A DNA stretch of 62,869 bases, from contig CAZMSF010000004.1 in the NCBI GenBank assembly GCA_964568885.1, positions 1 through 62,869 of the forward strand. The letters run 5' to 3'. Every line of letters begins with the position of its first letter. Within the stretch, counting starts at the first letter, position 1. A program made the translations under genes and the position numbers. Positions 8,517 to 17,978 of the stretch are shown here, piece by piece. Source of the stretch: an uncultured Gammaproteobacteria bacterium. GTDB taxonomy: Bacteria; Patescibacteriota; Microgenomatia; Levybacterales; GWA1-39-11. The notes beneath the pieces are model-generated. The model saw only the letters and a list, made by a program, of their open reading frames with translations. It searched no databases and had not been told where the DNA came from.

Positions 8517-9395
8517 ATGCGTAAAAAGAAAAAAATCATAAGAAAAACGAAAAACAAAAGAGTAACAAGACTTGCGATTTTTTTGTTCGTTCTTTTAGTA
8601 GTATTCTCCTTTGCTTTTGGTGTGATTTTAGGGGCAAAAAAAGGGATAGCGCAAGTTGGTGAGGCGCCGACAAAGCGGGTGATGCAATCAAGAATGCTTG
8701 ATGTCCAGCCGGTTCTTCCAACCTCGAATATTCACGTTCCGATTCTTGTTTATCATTATGTTGAATTTGTTAAAGACCCTAAAGATTCGACACGAAGGTC
8801 ATTGGATATAATTCCACCGATTTTTGAAATGCAATTAAAAACATTGAAGGAAGCAGGATACAATTTCATAACAGCCTCAGAGCTTGGTCAATATTTGGAT
8901 GGAAAAAAACAGCTTCCGCAGAGGCCGGTAATTTTGACCTTTGATGACGGATATCAAGATTTTTATACGGACGTATTCCCTCTTCTTAAAAAATACAATG
9001 TTGCCGCTACCCAATACGTAATTTCGGGAGTTTTGGATACACCGAATTACATGACAACAGAACAGGTGAGAGAAGTAGCGCAAAGCGGTTTGGTTGAGAT
9101 TGGGGCACACACCGTCCATCACAAAAATTTACCATCACTTTCTCTTGAAGAGGCTCGGGTTGAGATTGAAAAAAGTCGAGAGGAGTTGGAGAAAATATTT
9201 GAGATGAATATCGTTTCTTTCGCATACCCTTACGGTGGTTTTAACGACAAGCTAGCCGAATTGGTGAAAAAGGCGGGTTTCACGAGTGCGGTTACAACAA
9301 AGGGCGGTACCATTGTAAATCAAGAAAACCGCTACACGTTGTTTCGGATTCATCCGGGTATTGCAGTCGGCGAAAGCTTGCTTCGTGAACTTTAG
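8517..9395 (+). CDS. Polysaccharide deacetylase (NodB homology domain), membrane-anchored
   Basis: ILTFDDGYQDFY and HTVHH motifs, with an N-terminal TM anchor. ATG 8517 is preceded by GAGGTG (8505..8510). Confidence 0.85.
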   Translation: MRKKKKIIRKTKNKRVTRLAIFLFVLLVVFSFAFGVILGAKKGIAQVGEAPTKRVMQSRMLDVQPVLPTSNIHVPILVYHYVEFVKDPKDSTRRSLDIIPPIFEMQLKTLKEAGYNFITASELGQYLDGKKQLPQRPVILTFDDGYQDFYTDVFPLLKKYNVAATQYVISGVLDTPNYMTTEQVREVAQSGLVEIGAHTVHHKNLPSLSLEEARVEIEKSREELEKIFEMNIVSFAYPYGGFNDKLAELVKKAGFTSAVTTKGGTIVNQENRYTLFRIHPGIAVGESLLREL

Positions 9396-9402
9396 GAGAA
9401 TA

Positions 9403-9431
9403 TTGACAAGACAGGTAATTCATTCTAAAGT
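9403..9431 (+). promoter_or_regulatory. Candidate promoter TTGACA-17-TAAAGT
   Basis: TTGACA at 9403..9408, a 17-nt spacer and TAAAGT at 9426..9431, then 6 nt to ATG 9438. Confidence 0.45.
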
Positions 9432-9437
9432 GTATGT

Positions 9438-9623
9438 ATGAGCAGAAAAAAGGCCTCAAAAGGCTCAAGAAAAAAGTCCGACATGTCGGCTTCAAAAATT
9501 ATGTTTTTGAGCATTATTCTGCTTTTTATCGTTTTTGAAGCACTCTATATTGTAAAAGGGCAAAATCAGCTTGCGAACAACAACTCCGTCCGGCAAGTGG
9601 CAGGCGTTAATACCTCAAAGTAG
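9438..9623 (+). CDS. Small single-pass membrane protein, hypothetical
   Basis: 61-aa ORF with a basic N-terminus and one TM helix. Promoter-like TTGACA-17-TAAAGT ends 6 nt before the ATG. Confidence 0.35.
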   Translation: MSRKKASKGSRKKSDMSASKIMFLSIILLFIVFEALYIVKGQNQLANNNSVRQVAGVNTSK

Positions 9624-9694
9624 CTTTTAAGAAGCAAATTCCATTGATTAATTTGAGAAAATCCGTATAATTTAAAAGACGTTTTTTGTTGACT

Positions 9695-9886
9695 ATGCAA
9701 AGGATAAAGAAAGAAATCGGACTGCTTCTGTTAAGAGCATCAATTCTCAAAGACTTATTTGGGTTCCTTTTTACTCATAAGTTGTGGTGGGCAACTCCCT
9801 TAATACTTCTCTCGATTATTCTTATTATCTTTTTCCTTTTCGGACAGACAACAGGAGTTGGACCATTTATTTACCCCTTCTTTTAA
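9695..9886 (+). CDS. DUF5989-like small membrane protein (usual carbamoyltransferase partner)
   Basis: LKDLFGFLFTHKLWWATPLILLSIILIIFFLFGQTTGVGPFIYPFF resembles the DUF5989 pattern (..FL...KKWWL.PII..L...GLL......APFIYTLF). The stop overlaps the next ATG (TAATG). Confidence 0.55.
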   Translation: MQRIKKEIGLLLLRASILKDLFGFLFTHKLWWATPLILLSIILIIFFLFGQTTGVGPFIYPFF

Positions 9887-10116
9887 TGAAAAACGCATGG
9901 CAGAGATGGATGAAGATATCCAAAAAGGTAGTAGGCGTGCAGGCCACGGTTGTTTTTGGCATTATATTTCTTATTATAATTACCCCTCTCTCGCTTTTTC
10001 TAAAACTTGTAAATAGAAATGTGTTCTTGGGAAGCGGCTATACAAAGAGACAAAATTCGTATTGGAGTAAAATGCCGAAAAAGGCATACGACTTGAATTC
10101 TGCCCGCAAACAATAA
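9886..10116 (+). CDS. Small membrane protein, possibly SxtJ-like
   Basis: 76-aa ORF with one or two TM helices, placed between the DUF5989-like gene and the carbamoyltransferase. The start is taken at the ATG overlapping the upstream stop. The family call rests on synteny, not strong motifs. Confidence 0.4.
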   Translation: MKNAWQRWMKISKKVVGVQATVVFGIIFLIIITPLSLFLKLVNRNVFLGSGYTKRQNSYWSKMPKKAYDLNSARKQ

Positions 10117-10120
10117 TTGC

Positions 10121-11821
10121 ATGTATATATTAGGCATCTCATGTTATTTTCATGATAGCGCTGCGGTTCTTATCCTTGACGGGGAGGTTGTTGCCGCTGC
10201 CCAAGAGGAACGGTTTACGAGAAAAAAGCACGATTTTTCTTTTCCGGAACAATCCATCCGGTTTTGCCTTAAAAAAGCGGGAATTTCTGAAAAAGACCTT
10301 TCGTATGTAGTGTTTTACGAAAAACCATTTTTGAAGTTTGAAAGAATTTTTCTCAATGCTCTTGAGTATGCACCGTTATCTCTCAAATTTTATACCGAGT
10401 CGATGAAGAAATGGTTTTTTGAACATACCTGGATAAAAACCCATATCGTCTCTTCCCTTAGAATCAGTCCTAATAAGGTCCTTTTCTCAGAGCATCACCT
10501 GTCCCATGCCGCAAGCGCATATTACGTTTCCCCATACGAAAAAGCCGCCGTTTTGACACTTGATGGAGTAGGAGAGTGGACAACTGCTGCATGGGGTGTA
10601 GGGAATGGCTCGGATATTGCTCTGAAAGAAGAGATTCGTTTTCCGCACTCCTTGGGTCTTTTATACAGCGCATTTACGTATTTCTGCGGCTATGAGGTCA
10701 ACGATGGAGAATATAAATTGATGGGGCTTGCTCCATACGGAAAACCTATCTATGAAGAAAAGATACGTAAGCTTTTGAAATTGAAGGGTGATGGGAGTTT
10801 CCAAATAGATACTTCATATTTTTCTTACCCATATTCTCTTGGCGGCGTGTATACAAAAAAATTTGAAGAATTGTTCGGAAAACCGAACGCGGCACCGGAC
10901 GAAATTGTTGCATATTATGCGGATATTGCCGCGAGTATCCAGAAGGTGCTCGAGGACATTGTTGTTGATATAGCAAAATATGTGAGGAAAAAAAGCGGTT
11001 GTTCTTATTTGTGTTTTGCCGGAGGAGTTGCATTCAATAGCGTTGCAAATTACAAGGTGCTTTTGAAAGCCGGTTTTAAAGATGTATTTATTCAACCGGC
11101 TGCAGGGGATGCAGGAGGTGCTTTAGGAGCTGCAATGTGGGCATATTATGCGGTTCTAAAAAATAAAAAAAGGCATGTCATGGATAATGTATATTTGGGA
11201 GAAGAGGAAAGTGAAGAGCAAATTCAGGCAACATTGAAGCAATTGAATGCCCGATATAAAAAAGTAAATGATGAAAAATTGGTTGATCAGATTTCTGACA
11301 AGCTTGCAAAGAAAAAAGTAATAGGATGGGTACAAGGAAGATTTGAATGGGGCCCACGGTCTTTAGGGAACAGAAGCATACTGGCAGACCCCAGAAGTTT
11401 TGAAATGAAAAGCATAGTAAATAGCAAAATTAAATTCAGAGAAGCATTCAGACCATTTGCACCTTCATTGCCTATTGAAAAAGCGACAAAATATTTTGAT
11501 ACAAAAAAAGAGCAAAGTTATCCGTTCCGCTTCATGCTGTATGTTGCACCAGTAAAAAAAGATAAGCAAAAGGAATTGGGAGCAGTGACCCATGAGGATG
11601 GCACCGCACGGCCTCAGTTTGTTGACAAAAAAAATCACCCTCTTTATCACAAGCTTATTTCCGAGTTCGGTAAAAAAACGGGCACACCTGTTATTCTCAA
11701 TACGTCCTTCAATCTGAGAGGTGAGCCTATCGTAAACACTACGGCAGAAGCATACAAAACGTTTATGAAAAGCGGTATCGACACGTTGGTTGTCAAGAAT
11801 TTTGTTATAGAAAAAAAATAA
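10121..11821 (+). CDS. Carbamoyltransferase, NodU/CmcH/NovN family
   Basis: N-terminal MYILGISCYFHDSAAVLILDGEVVAAAQEERFTRKKHD (Kae1/ASKHA-like domain) and C-terminal carbamoyltransferase domain (NTSFNLRGEPIV). 566 aa. Confidence 0.9.
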   Translation: MYILGISCYFHDSAAVLILDGEVVAAAQEERFTRKKHDFSFPEQSIRFCLKKAGISEKDLSYVVFYEKPFLKFERIFLNALEYAPLSLKFYTESMKKWFFEHTWIKTHIVSSLRISPNKVLFSEHHLSHAASAYYVSPYEKAAVLTLDGVGEWTTAAWGVGNGSDIALKEEIRFPHSLGLLYSAFTYFCGYEVNDGEYKLMGLAPYGKPIYEEKIRKLLKLKGDGSFQIDTSYFSYPYSLGGVYTKKFEELFGKPNAAPDEIVAYYADIAASIQKVLEDIVVDIAKYVRKKSGCSYLCFAGGVAFNSVANYKVLLKAGFKDVFIQPAAGDAGGALGAAMWAYYAVLKNKKRHVMDNVYLGEEESEEQIQATLKQLNARYKKVNDEKLVDQISDKLAKKKVIGWVQGRFEWGPRSLGNRSILADPRSFEMKSIVNSKIKFREAFRPFAPSLPIEKATKYFDTKKEQSYPFRFMLYVAPVKKDKQKELGAVTHEDGTARPQFVDKKNHPLYHKLISEFGKKTGTPVILNTSFNLRGEPIVNTTAEAYKTFMKSGIDTLVVKNFVIEKK

Positions 11822-11879
11822 AGGTACTTCCTCCCAAATAGTGATCAAAAAAGCATTTTCCCGAACCAATTTGATTGTC

Positions 11880-11908
11880 TTGAAGAAAATAGGGTCATAA
11901 GCTACAAT
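11880..11908 (+). promoter_or_regulatory. Candidate ileS promoter TTGAAG-17-TACAAT
   Basis: TTGAAG at 11880..11885, a 17-nt spacer and TACAAT at 11903..11908, then 7 nt to ATG 11916. No Shine-Dalgarno sequence is present. Confidence 0.55.
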
Positions 11909-11915
11909 TGAAGCT

Positions 11916-14735
11916 ATGTTAAAACCGGTTAGTCAGCGAATTTCATTTTCCGAAATGGAAGATGAGGTAACAAAATATTGGAAAGAGAACGGTATTTTCG
12001 AAAAGTCCGTATCAAGCCGCTCGAAAGACAAAAAATGGACTTTTTTGGATGGACCCCCTTTCGTTACGGGCAAACCGCATTACGGCTCTCTTCTGTCTTC
12101 TTTGCCGAAAGACCTTTTTGGAAGATATTGGACAATGAAAGGCTACCGAGTACGCCGCGTTTGGGGATGGGATGGACACGGTCTTCCTATCGAAAACAAA
12201 GTTGAGGGAAAACTTCATATAAAAAGAAAAAGAGACATAGAAGAAAAGGTTGGGGTGGATAAATTTATTGAGGAATGTAAGGCATATGTAGACGAGGTGT
12301 CGAGCGAATGGGAATGGTATATCGATAAGATAGGGAGATGGGTTGACTTCAAAAATGCATATAAAACATGGGACATCTCATATATGGAGTCGGTCATGTG
12401 GGTATTCCACAATCTTTATAAAGGCGGACATGTATATAAAGGTCTTCGGGTTTCTTTGTATTGCCCGCATTGCTCGACCCCGATTTCAAATTTTGAGGTG
12501 GCAATGGACGCAGATAATTACAAGGAGATTAAGGATGCTGCGACAACCTACAAATATCAATTAGAAGGGGAGGAGAACACGTATATTCTTGCTTGGTCGA
12601 CGACTCCCTGGAACAAAATTGTCACTCCTGCCTTAGCTATCAATCCGGCCTTTACCTACATCAAGGTGAAGCAGGGAGATGAGTATTATATTCTCGCCAA
12701 AACTACGATAAAAATGTTGAAAAATGAACCTCCTTATGAGGTTGTCGAGGAGATTCCCGGAAATGCGCTTGTGGGCAAAAAGTTCGTTCCTCACTACGAT
12801 TATTATAGGAAGGATGTTAAAGAAGGTGAAAAGGTGTTTGAGATTATTGGGGGTGATTTTGTTACTGCCGATGAAGGAACCGGAGTAGTGACAATAGCCG
12901 TATATGGTGAAGAGGACCTTCATGCAATGCAGGAGAATAATATCCATATTGAAGCACATGTTGACGAGGAGGGGACGATAAAGCCGGACGTTCCGTTATT
13001 TGGTGGCATGTATTATTTGGATGCAAATGAAGCAGTGAACGCCGACCTAGCGTCGCGGGGGCTTGTTTATGAGGACAAGCCGCTCCCTCACAAAGTGCCT
13101 CATTGCTGGAGGTGCGGAACACGATTGTACTATTCTCCACAAAATGCCTGGTACGTCAATGTGCAGGATATGAAAGAGAAATTGAAAAAAACAAACGAGA
13201 CCGTCAATTGGTTTCCGAAGCATTTCAAAACCGGACGATTTCTTAAAAGTCTTGAGAGCGCCCCTGACTGGAATATCTCCCGCTCGCGTTATTGGGGAAG
13301 TCCGGTGCCTGTCTGGGAATGTAAATGCGGAGAAAGATTTGTTCCCGAATCGATCAAAGAATTAGAACAAATTTCAGGCACAAAAATAAAAGATTTACAT
13401 AAACCCTTTATAGACGAAGTAACAATAAAGTGCAAAAAATGTGAACAGGTCGTAAAACGAGTACCGGAAGTACTCGATAGCTGGATTGAGGCTGGCAGTG
13501 CATCGTTTGCTGAGAGGCATTTCCCGTTTGAAAGCTCGGAGAAACTCGAGGACTTTTTCCCTCCCGACTTTATCGCCGAGTATACCGGACAAATTAGGGC
13601 ATGGTTTTATGTTCTGCATGTTATAGGCACGGCATTATATGATTCGCCCGCTTTTAAGAATGTGCTTGTTGAAGGGGTAATCCTCGGCACTGATGGGCGG
13701 AAAATGAGCAAGAACTACGGCAACTTTCCTGACCCCAAAAAACTTATCGAGACGTACGGTGGAGACGCTTTGAGGATGTATCTTTTAGGATCACCCGTCA
13801 TGAACGGTGAGGATATACGTATTTCGGAAATAGATTATAGGGATCAGGTTAGGGGAACACTACTTATCCTTTGGAATGTCTATAATTTCTTTGTAACCTA
13901 CGCACTTTCAGACAATTGGGCAGGGGGAGAGGTTATGCCTACTGAACGAAAAAATCCCCTCGATAGATGGATTCTTTCTCGCCTCAATGGACTTATCGGG
14001 GAAATGACCACTCAACTTGATAATTACAATACGGTCGCAGCAATTACCGGATACAAAAGATTTGTGAATGAGCTCTCGACATGGTACATAAGACGCTCAC
14101 GCGACAGGGTTGGGCCGAGCGTAGAAGATAAAAATGACAAGAATGATTTTTATGCAACATGCAATGAAGTGCTTGTTACTCTTTCAAAGCTCGCTGCCCC
14201 TATTATCCCTTTCGTTTCCGAAGAGATATTCAGAAACCTGGCGGGAAAAGAGTCTGTCCATCTTGAGGACTGGCCTCAAATGAACGCGGCATTAATTGAC
14301 AGTGCGCTTGAGGCGGAGATGGGTTATGCTCAAGAACTGGCCTCATCAATAAATTCCATAAGAAAACAGGAGGGAATAAAGGTGAAGGTTCCATTCAAAA
14401 AATTAGCCTATGAGGGTGCTTGTGAACTCTCGGATGAGGTAAGTGAGATAGTGAAAGCTGAAGGAAATGTTTATAAGCTGGAATTTACAAGGAAAAATGA
14501 TGTGTTCATAGTGCCCTCAATTGGTGGAGAAGAGAATTTGGACAAAAATGCAGGAGAAGCTCGGGATATTATCCGCTCAATTCAGCTGAAAAGAAAAGAA
14601 ATGGGCACGGAGCTGACGCAAAAGGTAAAAGTGTCGCTCCCGTCATGGCCGGAAGAATTTGAAGAGGAAATAAAGAAAAAAGCGTTGGTCTCAGAGCTTT
14701 TGAAGTCTGAAGAATTTACGGTAGAAACTCTATAA
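11916..14735 (+). CDS. ileS: Isoleucine--tRNA ligase (type 2-like, 939 aa)
   Basis: WTFLDGPPFVTGKPHYGS (HIGH region), GWDGHGLPIE, AWSTTPWN and KMSKN motifs. Promoter TTGAAG-17-TACAAT ends 7 nt before the ATG. Confidence 0.93.
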   Translation: MLKPVSQRISFSEMEDEVTKYWKENGIFEKSVSSRSKDKKWTFLDGPPFVTGKPHYGSLLSSLPKDLFGRYWTMKGYRVRRVWGWDGHGLPIENKVEGKLHIKRKRDIEEKVGVDKFIEECKAYVDEVSSEWEWYIDKIGRWVDFKNAYKTWDISYMESVMWVFHNLYKGGHVYKGLRVSLYCPHCSTPISNFEVAMDADNYKEIKDAATTYKYQLEGEENTYILAWSTTPWNKIVTPALAINPAFTYIKVKQGDEYYILAKTTIKMLKNEPPYEVVEEIPGNALVGKKFVPHYDYYRKDVKEGEKVFEIIGGDFVTADEGTGVVTIAVYGEEDLHAMQENNIHIEAHVDEEGTIKPDVPLFGGMYYLDANEAVNADLASRGLVYEDKPLPHKVPHCWRCGTRLYYSPQNAWYVNVQDMKEKLKKTNETVNWFPKHFKTGRFLKSLESAPDWNISRSRYWGSPVPVWECKCGERFVPESIKELEQISGTKIKDLHKPFIDEVTIKCKKCEQVVKRVPEVLDSWIEAGSASFAERHFPFESSEKLEDFFPPDFIAEYTGQIRAWFYVLHVIGTALYDSPAFKNVLVEGVILGTDGRKMSKNYGNFPDPKKLIETYGGDALRMYLLGSPVMNGEDIRISEIDYRDQVRGTLLILWNVYNFFVTYALSDNWAGGEVMPTERKNPLDRWILSRLNGLIGEMTTQLDNYNTVAAITGYKRFVNELSTWYIRRSRDRVGPSVEDKNDKNDFYATCNEVLVTLSKLAAPIIPFVSEEIFRNLAGKESVHLEDWPQMNAALIDSALEAEMGYAQELASSINSIRKQEGIKVKVPFKKLAYEGACELSDEVSEIVKAEGNVYKLEFTRKNDVFIVPSIGGEENLDKNAGEARDIIRSIQLKRKEMGTELTQKVKVSLPSWPEEFEEEIKKKALVSELLKSEEFTVETL

Positions 14736-15818
14736 ATGAATCGTTTTTCAATACAGAGAGTAGATTTTTCCCTACTCATCCCGTCAGTACTTTTGGTTGC
14801 TTTCAGCCTTGCGACCCTCTTTTCAATAGACACAATGCTTTTCAGACAGCAGCTTATATTTCTTCTCATCGGTCTATTTTTTTACTTTTTATTCCTCAAT
14901 ATTGACTATAAATTTTTTACCCTTTACCCAAAGGCGATATATGCCATGATTATCATAGGCTTTCTTGTCGTTCTTTTTTTTGGGACTGTCGTGAACGGTT
15001 CAAAGAGCTGGCTGGTATTTTTTGGGATTCACCTTCAAGTTGAGGAGTTCCTAAAACCATTTTTTATCCTTGTTATTGCTAATTTTCTCGCATTCTCAAC
15101 GCTCGCTGTCATTCAGAAATATGTCCTTTCGTTCGCCTTGGCAATTCCGGTTTTTTTCCTTATCTTAAGACAGCCGGATACCGGTACCGCTTTAATGTAC
15201 ATGGTCACATTTGCCGGGATGCTTTTAATGTACAGTTTTCCCTTTTATTATTACCTAACCACCCTTATTGTGGTGCTTTCTCCTGCGCCCATAATACTCA
15301 ATGTTTTAAGACCTTATCAAAAAGAACGGCTTGTAACGCTTTTTAACCTCACGGCGGATCCGTTCGGCTCATCATATAACGCTATTCAAGCTCTTATTTC
15401 AATCGGGAGTGGAGGATTGTTTGGGAAAGGACTTGGGGAGGGAACCCAGTCTGTCCTTCGTTTTTTGCCGGAAAGGCAGACAGATTTTATCTTCGCTTCG
15501 GTATCCGAAGGGTTGGGATTTATCGGCGGAGCAGGCATCATCTGCCTTCTTTGCTTTCTCTTGTATCGGATTTACCGGCTTTCAAAACCTATCGACGACT
15601 TATATCCGTATCTTATTGTGATGGGGGTATTTTTCCTGACTCTCGTCCAGACAGTCACCAATATCGGCATGAACATGGGAATGATGCCGATTATCGGAGT
15701 AACTCTTCCCTTCGTTTCATACGGAGGAAGCTCTCTGGTTACGAATTTCATTCTTTTGGGGATAGTTTCATCCGTCGGGTACGAATACAAAAAAAGACAG
15801 ACCCTAGAAATAATCTAG
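14736..15818 (+). CDS. SEDS-family peptidoglycan glycosyltransferase (FtsW/RodA/SpoVE)
   Basis: RQPDTGTALMY, ALISIGSGGLFGKGLGEGTQS and LPERQTDFIFASVSEGLGFIGG motifs. The ATG directly follows the ileS stop. Confidence 0.9.
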   Translation: MNRFSIQRVDFSLLIPSVLLVAFSLATLFSIDTMLFRQQLIFLLIGLFFYFLFLNIDYKFFTLYPKAIYAMIIIGFLVVLFFGTVVNGSKSWLVFFGIHLQVEEFLKPFFILVIANFLAFSTLAVIQKYVLSFALAIPVFFLILRQPDTGTALMYMVTFAGMLLMYSFPFYYYLTTLIVVLSPAPIILNVLRPYQKERLVTLFNLTADPFGSSYNAIQALISIGSGGLFGKGLGEGTQSVLRFLPERQTDFIFASVSEGLGFIGGAGIICLLCFLLYRIYRLSKPIDDLYPYLIVMGVFFLTLVQTVTNIGMNMGMMPIIGVTLPFVSYGGSSLVTNFILLGIVSSVGYEYKKRQTLEII

Positions 15819-15874
15819 CTCCCACGCCTAAATTATTGAACAACGATGACTTTTTTGGTACAATACCATTCATT

Positions 15875-16198
15875 ATGAATTTTGCAGTAATCAAAGCGGC
15901 AGGAAAACAGTATAAAGTGACCTCCGGCACAGTTCTTGAAATCGACAAAATTGAGGGTGAAAAAGGTAAAAATATCTCATTTGATGAGGTATTGCTTCTT
16001 AGTGATGAAAAAACAACCCTTGTCGGAACCCCGCTTGTAAAAAATGCATCGGTGACAGCAAAAATCGTCGACCAGATAAGGGGAGATAAAGTAAGAGTAG
16101 CAAAGTTTAAAGCAAAAGCAAGGTTTCGCAGAGCAACCGGATTTCGTTCCCAACTTACAAAAGTCGAAATTACAGGAATTAAAGGAGGAAAAGAATAA
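15875..16198 (+). CDS. rplU: 50S ribosomal protein L21
   Basis: MNFAVIKAAGKQYKVTSG...VRVAKFKAKARFRR. The tracked ORF (15551) is an artificial upstream extension overlapping the SEDS gene. Extended -10 TGGTACAAT at 15856..15864. Confidence 0.95.
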   Translation: MNFAVIKAAGKQYKVTSGTVLEIDKIEGEKGKNISFDEVLLLSDEKTTLVGTPLVKNASVTAKIVDQIRGDKVRVAKFKAKARFRRATGFRSQLTKVEITGIKGGKE

Positions 16199-16444
16199 AT
16201 GGCACATACAAAGTCGGCAGGTTCAGTCAAAGGAAATAAGGACTCCATCTCAAAGCGTCTTGGCGTCAAGGTTTTCGGCGGTCAAAAGGTTATTTCAGGC
16301 AACGTCATCGTAAGACAAAAAGGAACCAAATTTCATCCTGGAATAGGAGTTTCTATGGGAAAGGATTACACCATTTTTGCTATTTCCGACGGGACTGTCC
16401 AGTTCAAAAATGCCCGTGGAAAAAAAGTCGTAGAAGTAGTATAG
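16199..16444 (+). CDS. rpmA: 50S ribosomal protein L27
   Basis: [29 protein letters not shown]...[11 protein letters not shown]. There is no N-terminal propeptide. Confidence 0.95.
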   Translation: MAHTKSAGSVKGNKDSISKRLGVKVFGGQKVISGNVIVRQKGTKFHPGIGVSMGKDYTIFAISDGTVQFKNARGKKVVEVV

Positions 16445-16456
16445 TATTGAACAAAT

Positions 16457-17278
16457 ATGGACGATTATAAGACAATGTCAATTGTCGAACTGGACTTATC
16501 TCTTTTGCAGCCAAATCCTCTCCAGCCCCGGGGACTCATTTCACCTGAATCATTAACCGACCTTGTCAATTCCATCCGTGAACAAGGCATACTTGAACCC
16601 ATTGTGGTTGCAGAAACTCCTGCCGGATACCAAATCATCGCCGGTGAAAGGCGATGGAGAGCTGCAAAAATCCTTGGACTCATAAAGGTTCCTGTGGTTG
16701 TAAAACAGACAACCCCTCAACAGATGCTTGAAATGTCTATCGTTGAGAACGTACAGCGTGAAGACCTCAACCCTATCGAGCGTGCACAAGCTTACAAAAG
16801 ACTTATTGACGAATTTAACCTTTCGGTAACCGAAGTTGCAAAAAGGGTCGGAAAATCATTGCCATACATCTCAAACACCATTCGTCTTTTGACCCTCCCG
16901 GACGCCATTAAGGATGCTCTTGCCGCAGGAGTTATAACAGAAGGTCACGTGAGGCCGCTTATTTCAATCGGCGACCCAAAACTTATGCTCACTGCTTTTA
17001 AGAAGATTCTCGTTGAAGGTATTAGTGTTCGGGGAGCAGAAGATGTTGCTCGGCAGGTCAAGGCAGAAATTCAGAAGAAAGAGCCTCAAAAAAAGAGCGA
17101 TAAAATTTATATTCCCGAGCAAGACGAAATGGCCCGCACTCTGGGTGAAAAATACGGCTGGAACGTAAAGTTCGATCAGTCACGGGCATTGGGAAAAATT
17201 GTTATTACAATTAAAGGCGCAGAAGAGAAAACAGGCGAAGAACTCAAAAGAATCTATCAAAAACTCCTCGAGGCATAA
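16457..17278 (+). CDS. parB: ParB/Spo0J-family partition protein
   Basis: LQPNPLQPRG, GERRWRAAK and an HTH region (VTEVAKRVGKSLPYISNTIRLL). Confidence 0.9.
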   Translation: MDDYKTMSIVELDLSLLQPNPLQPRGLISPESLTDLVNSIREQGILEPIVVAETPAGYQIIAGERRWRAAKILGLIKVPVVVKQTTPQQMLEMSIVENVQREDLNPIERAQAYKRLIDEFNLSVTEVAKRVGKSLPYISNTIRLLTLPDAIKDALAAGVITEGHVRPLISIGDPKLMLTAFKKILVEGISVRGAEDVARQVKAEIQKKEPQKKSDKIYIPEQDEMARTLGEKYGWNVKFDQSRALGKIVITIKGAEEKTGEELKRIYQKLLEA

Positions 17279-17389
17279 TAAAAATACCTCAAAATCATCC
17301 CTTTTTCTTTATATATCAATAAAAATTAGGTCATTTACTGCTGAAATACCTTCTCAGACCTTCAAAAAGGGTGTAATTTGGGGTTTTTT

Positions 17390-17950
17390 CTAGAACGAAG
17401 CGTGTTTGACCACCCTAAGGTGATTTAAGGGCCAATAAACGAGAAATGACTTGCCGATGACTGCATTTTTTGTCACAAATCCCCATTCTCTGGAGTCCGA
17501 GCTGAATTCCCTATTGTCTCCCATGACAAAATATTGCCCTTCAGGCACAATTACTTCGTCTCCTTCACCCAAAAAAGCTCCTCCATTTGTCCGGACGTCG
17601 GATGAGAGGAAAGATCCCTGATCGAGTTTGTTGCCATTAAGATATACCGCCCCTCCTGAAATCTTCACCTTGTCACCGGGAAGTCCTATAATTCTTTTTA
17701 TATAATCCTTCTCTTTATCGGGGGGAGCGACAAAAACGACAATGTCTCCTCTCTTGAGAGGAGAGAATCGAAGGGAGATCAAATTGGTAAGGACATATTC
17801 TCCGTTTTGAAATGTTGGATCCATAGAATGGCCGTTTACTTGATAAGGTCTAAAAAGGAACGCATAAATAACGACAAATATTGCACCCGCGATTACCAAA
17901 GTCTGGATTAAATCAAAAAGCAGATAATATATTTTTTTTAGGATTTCCAT
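17390..17950 (-). CDS. lepB: Signal peptidase I
   Basis: GHSMDPTF (Ser box), KRIIGLPGD and GDNREFSSDSREWG motifs. The start is set to ATG 17950 (MEILKK...); the tracked start at 17986 is a TTG. Confidence 0.9.
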   Translation of the reverse strand: MEILKKIYYLLFDLIQTLVIAGAIFVVIYAFLFRPYQVNGHSMDPTFQNGEYVLTNLISLRFSPLKRGDIVVFVAPPDKEKDYIKRIIGLPGDKVKISGGAVYLNGNKLDQGSFLSSDVRTNGGAFLGEGDEVIVPEGQYFVMGDNREFSSDSREWGFVTKNAVIGKSFLVYWPLNHLRVVKHASF

Positions 17951-17978
17951 GATTACTCGAAGATTTCCGCTCTTAGTA

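Noticed and set aside
11822-11915. A possible T-box or other leader upstream of ileS
   Set aside because: Only 94 nt are available. A good promoter (TTGAAG-17-TACAAT) ends 7 nt before the ATG, which leaves no room for a T-box (about 200 nt) or an attenuator.
15551-16269. A 215-aa plus-strand ORF extending rplU upstream into the SEDS gene, and a 173-aa antisense ORF (15748..16269)
   Set aside because: The L21 homology begins only at MNFAVIKAAGKQY (15875), where an extended -10 precedes it. The upstream part is an out-of-frame read of the SEDS gene. The antisense ORF overlaps two ribosomal protein genes.
16457-17278. A parS centromere site within or near parB
   Set aside because: The only CACGTG cores seen (about 16950 and about 7686) lack the flanking TGTT/AACA arms of the parS consensus.
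17279-17389. A bidirectional terminator between convergent parB and lepB
   Set aside because: Only weak, imperfect stems were found (ACCTT-CAAAA-AGGGT, and CCTCGAGG inside the parB end). No adjacent U tract is correctly placed. I do not consider it supportable.
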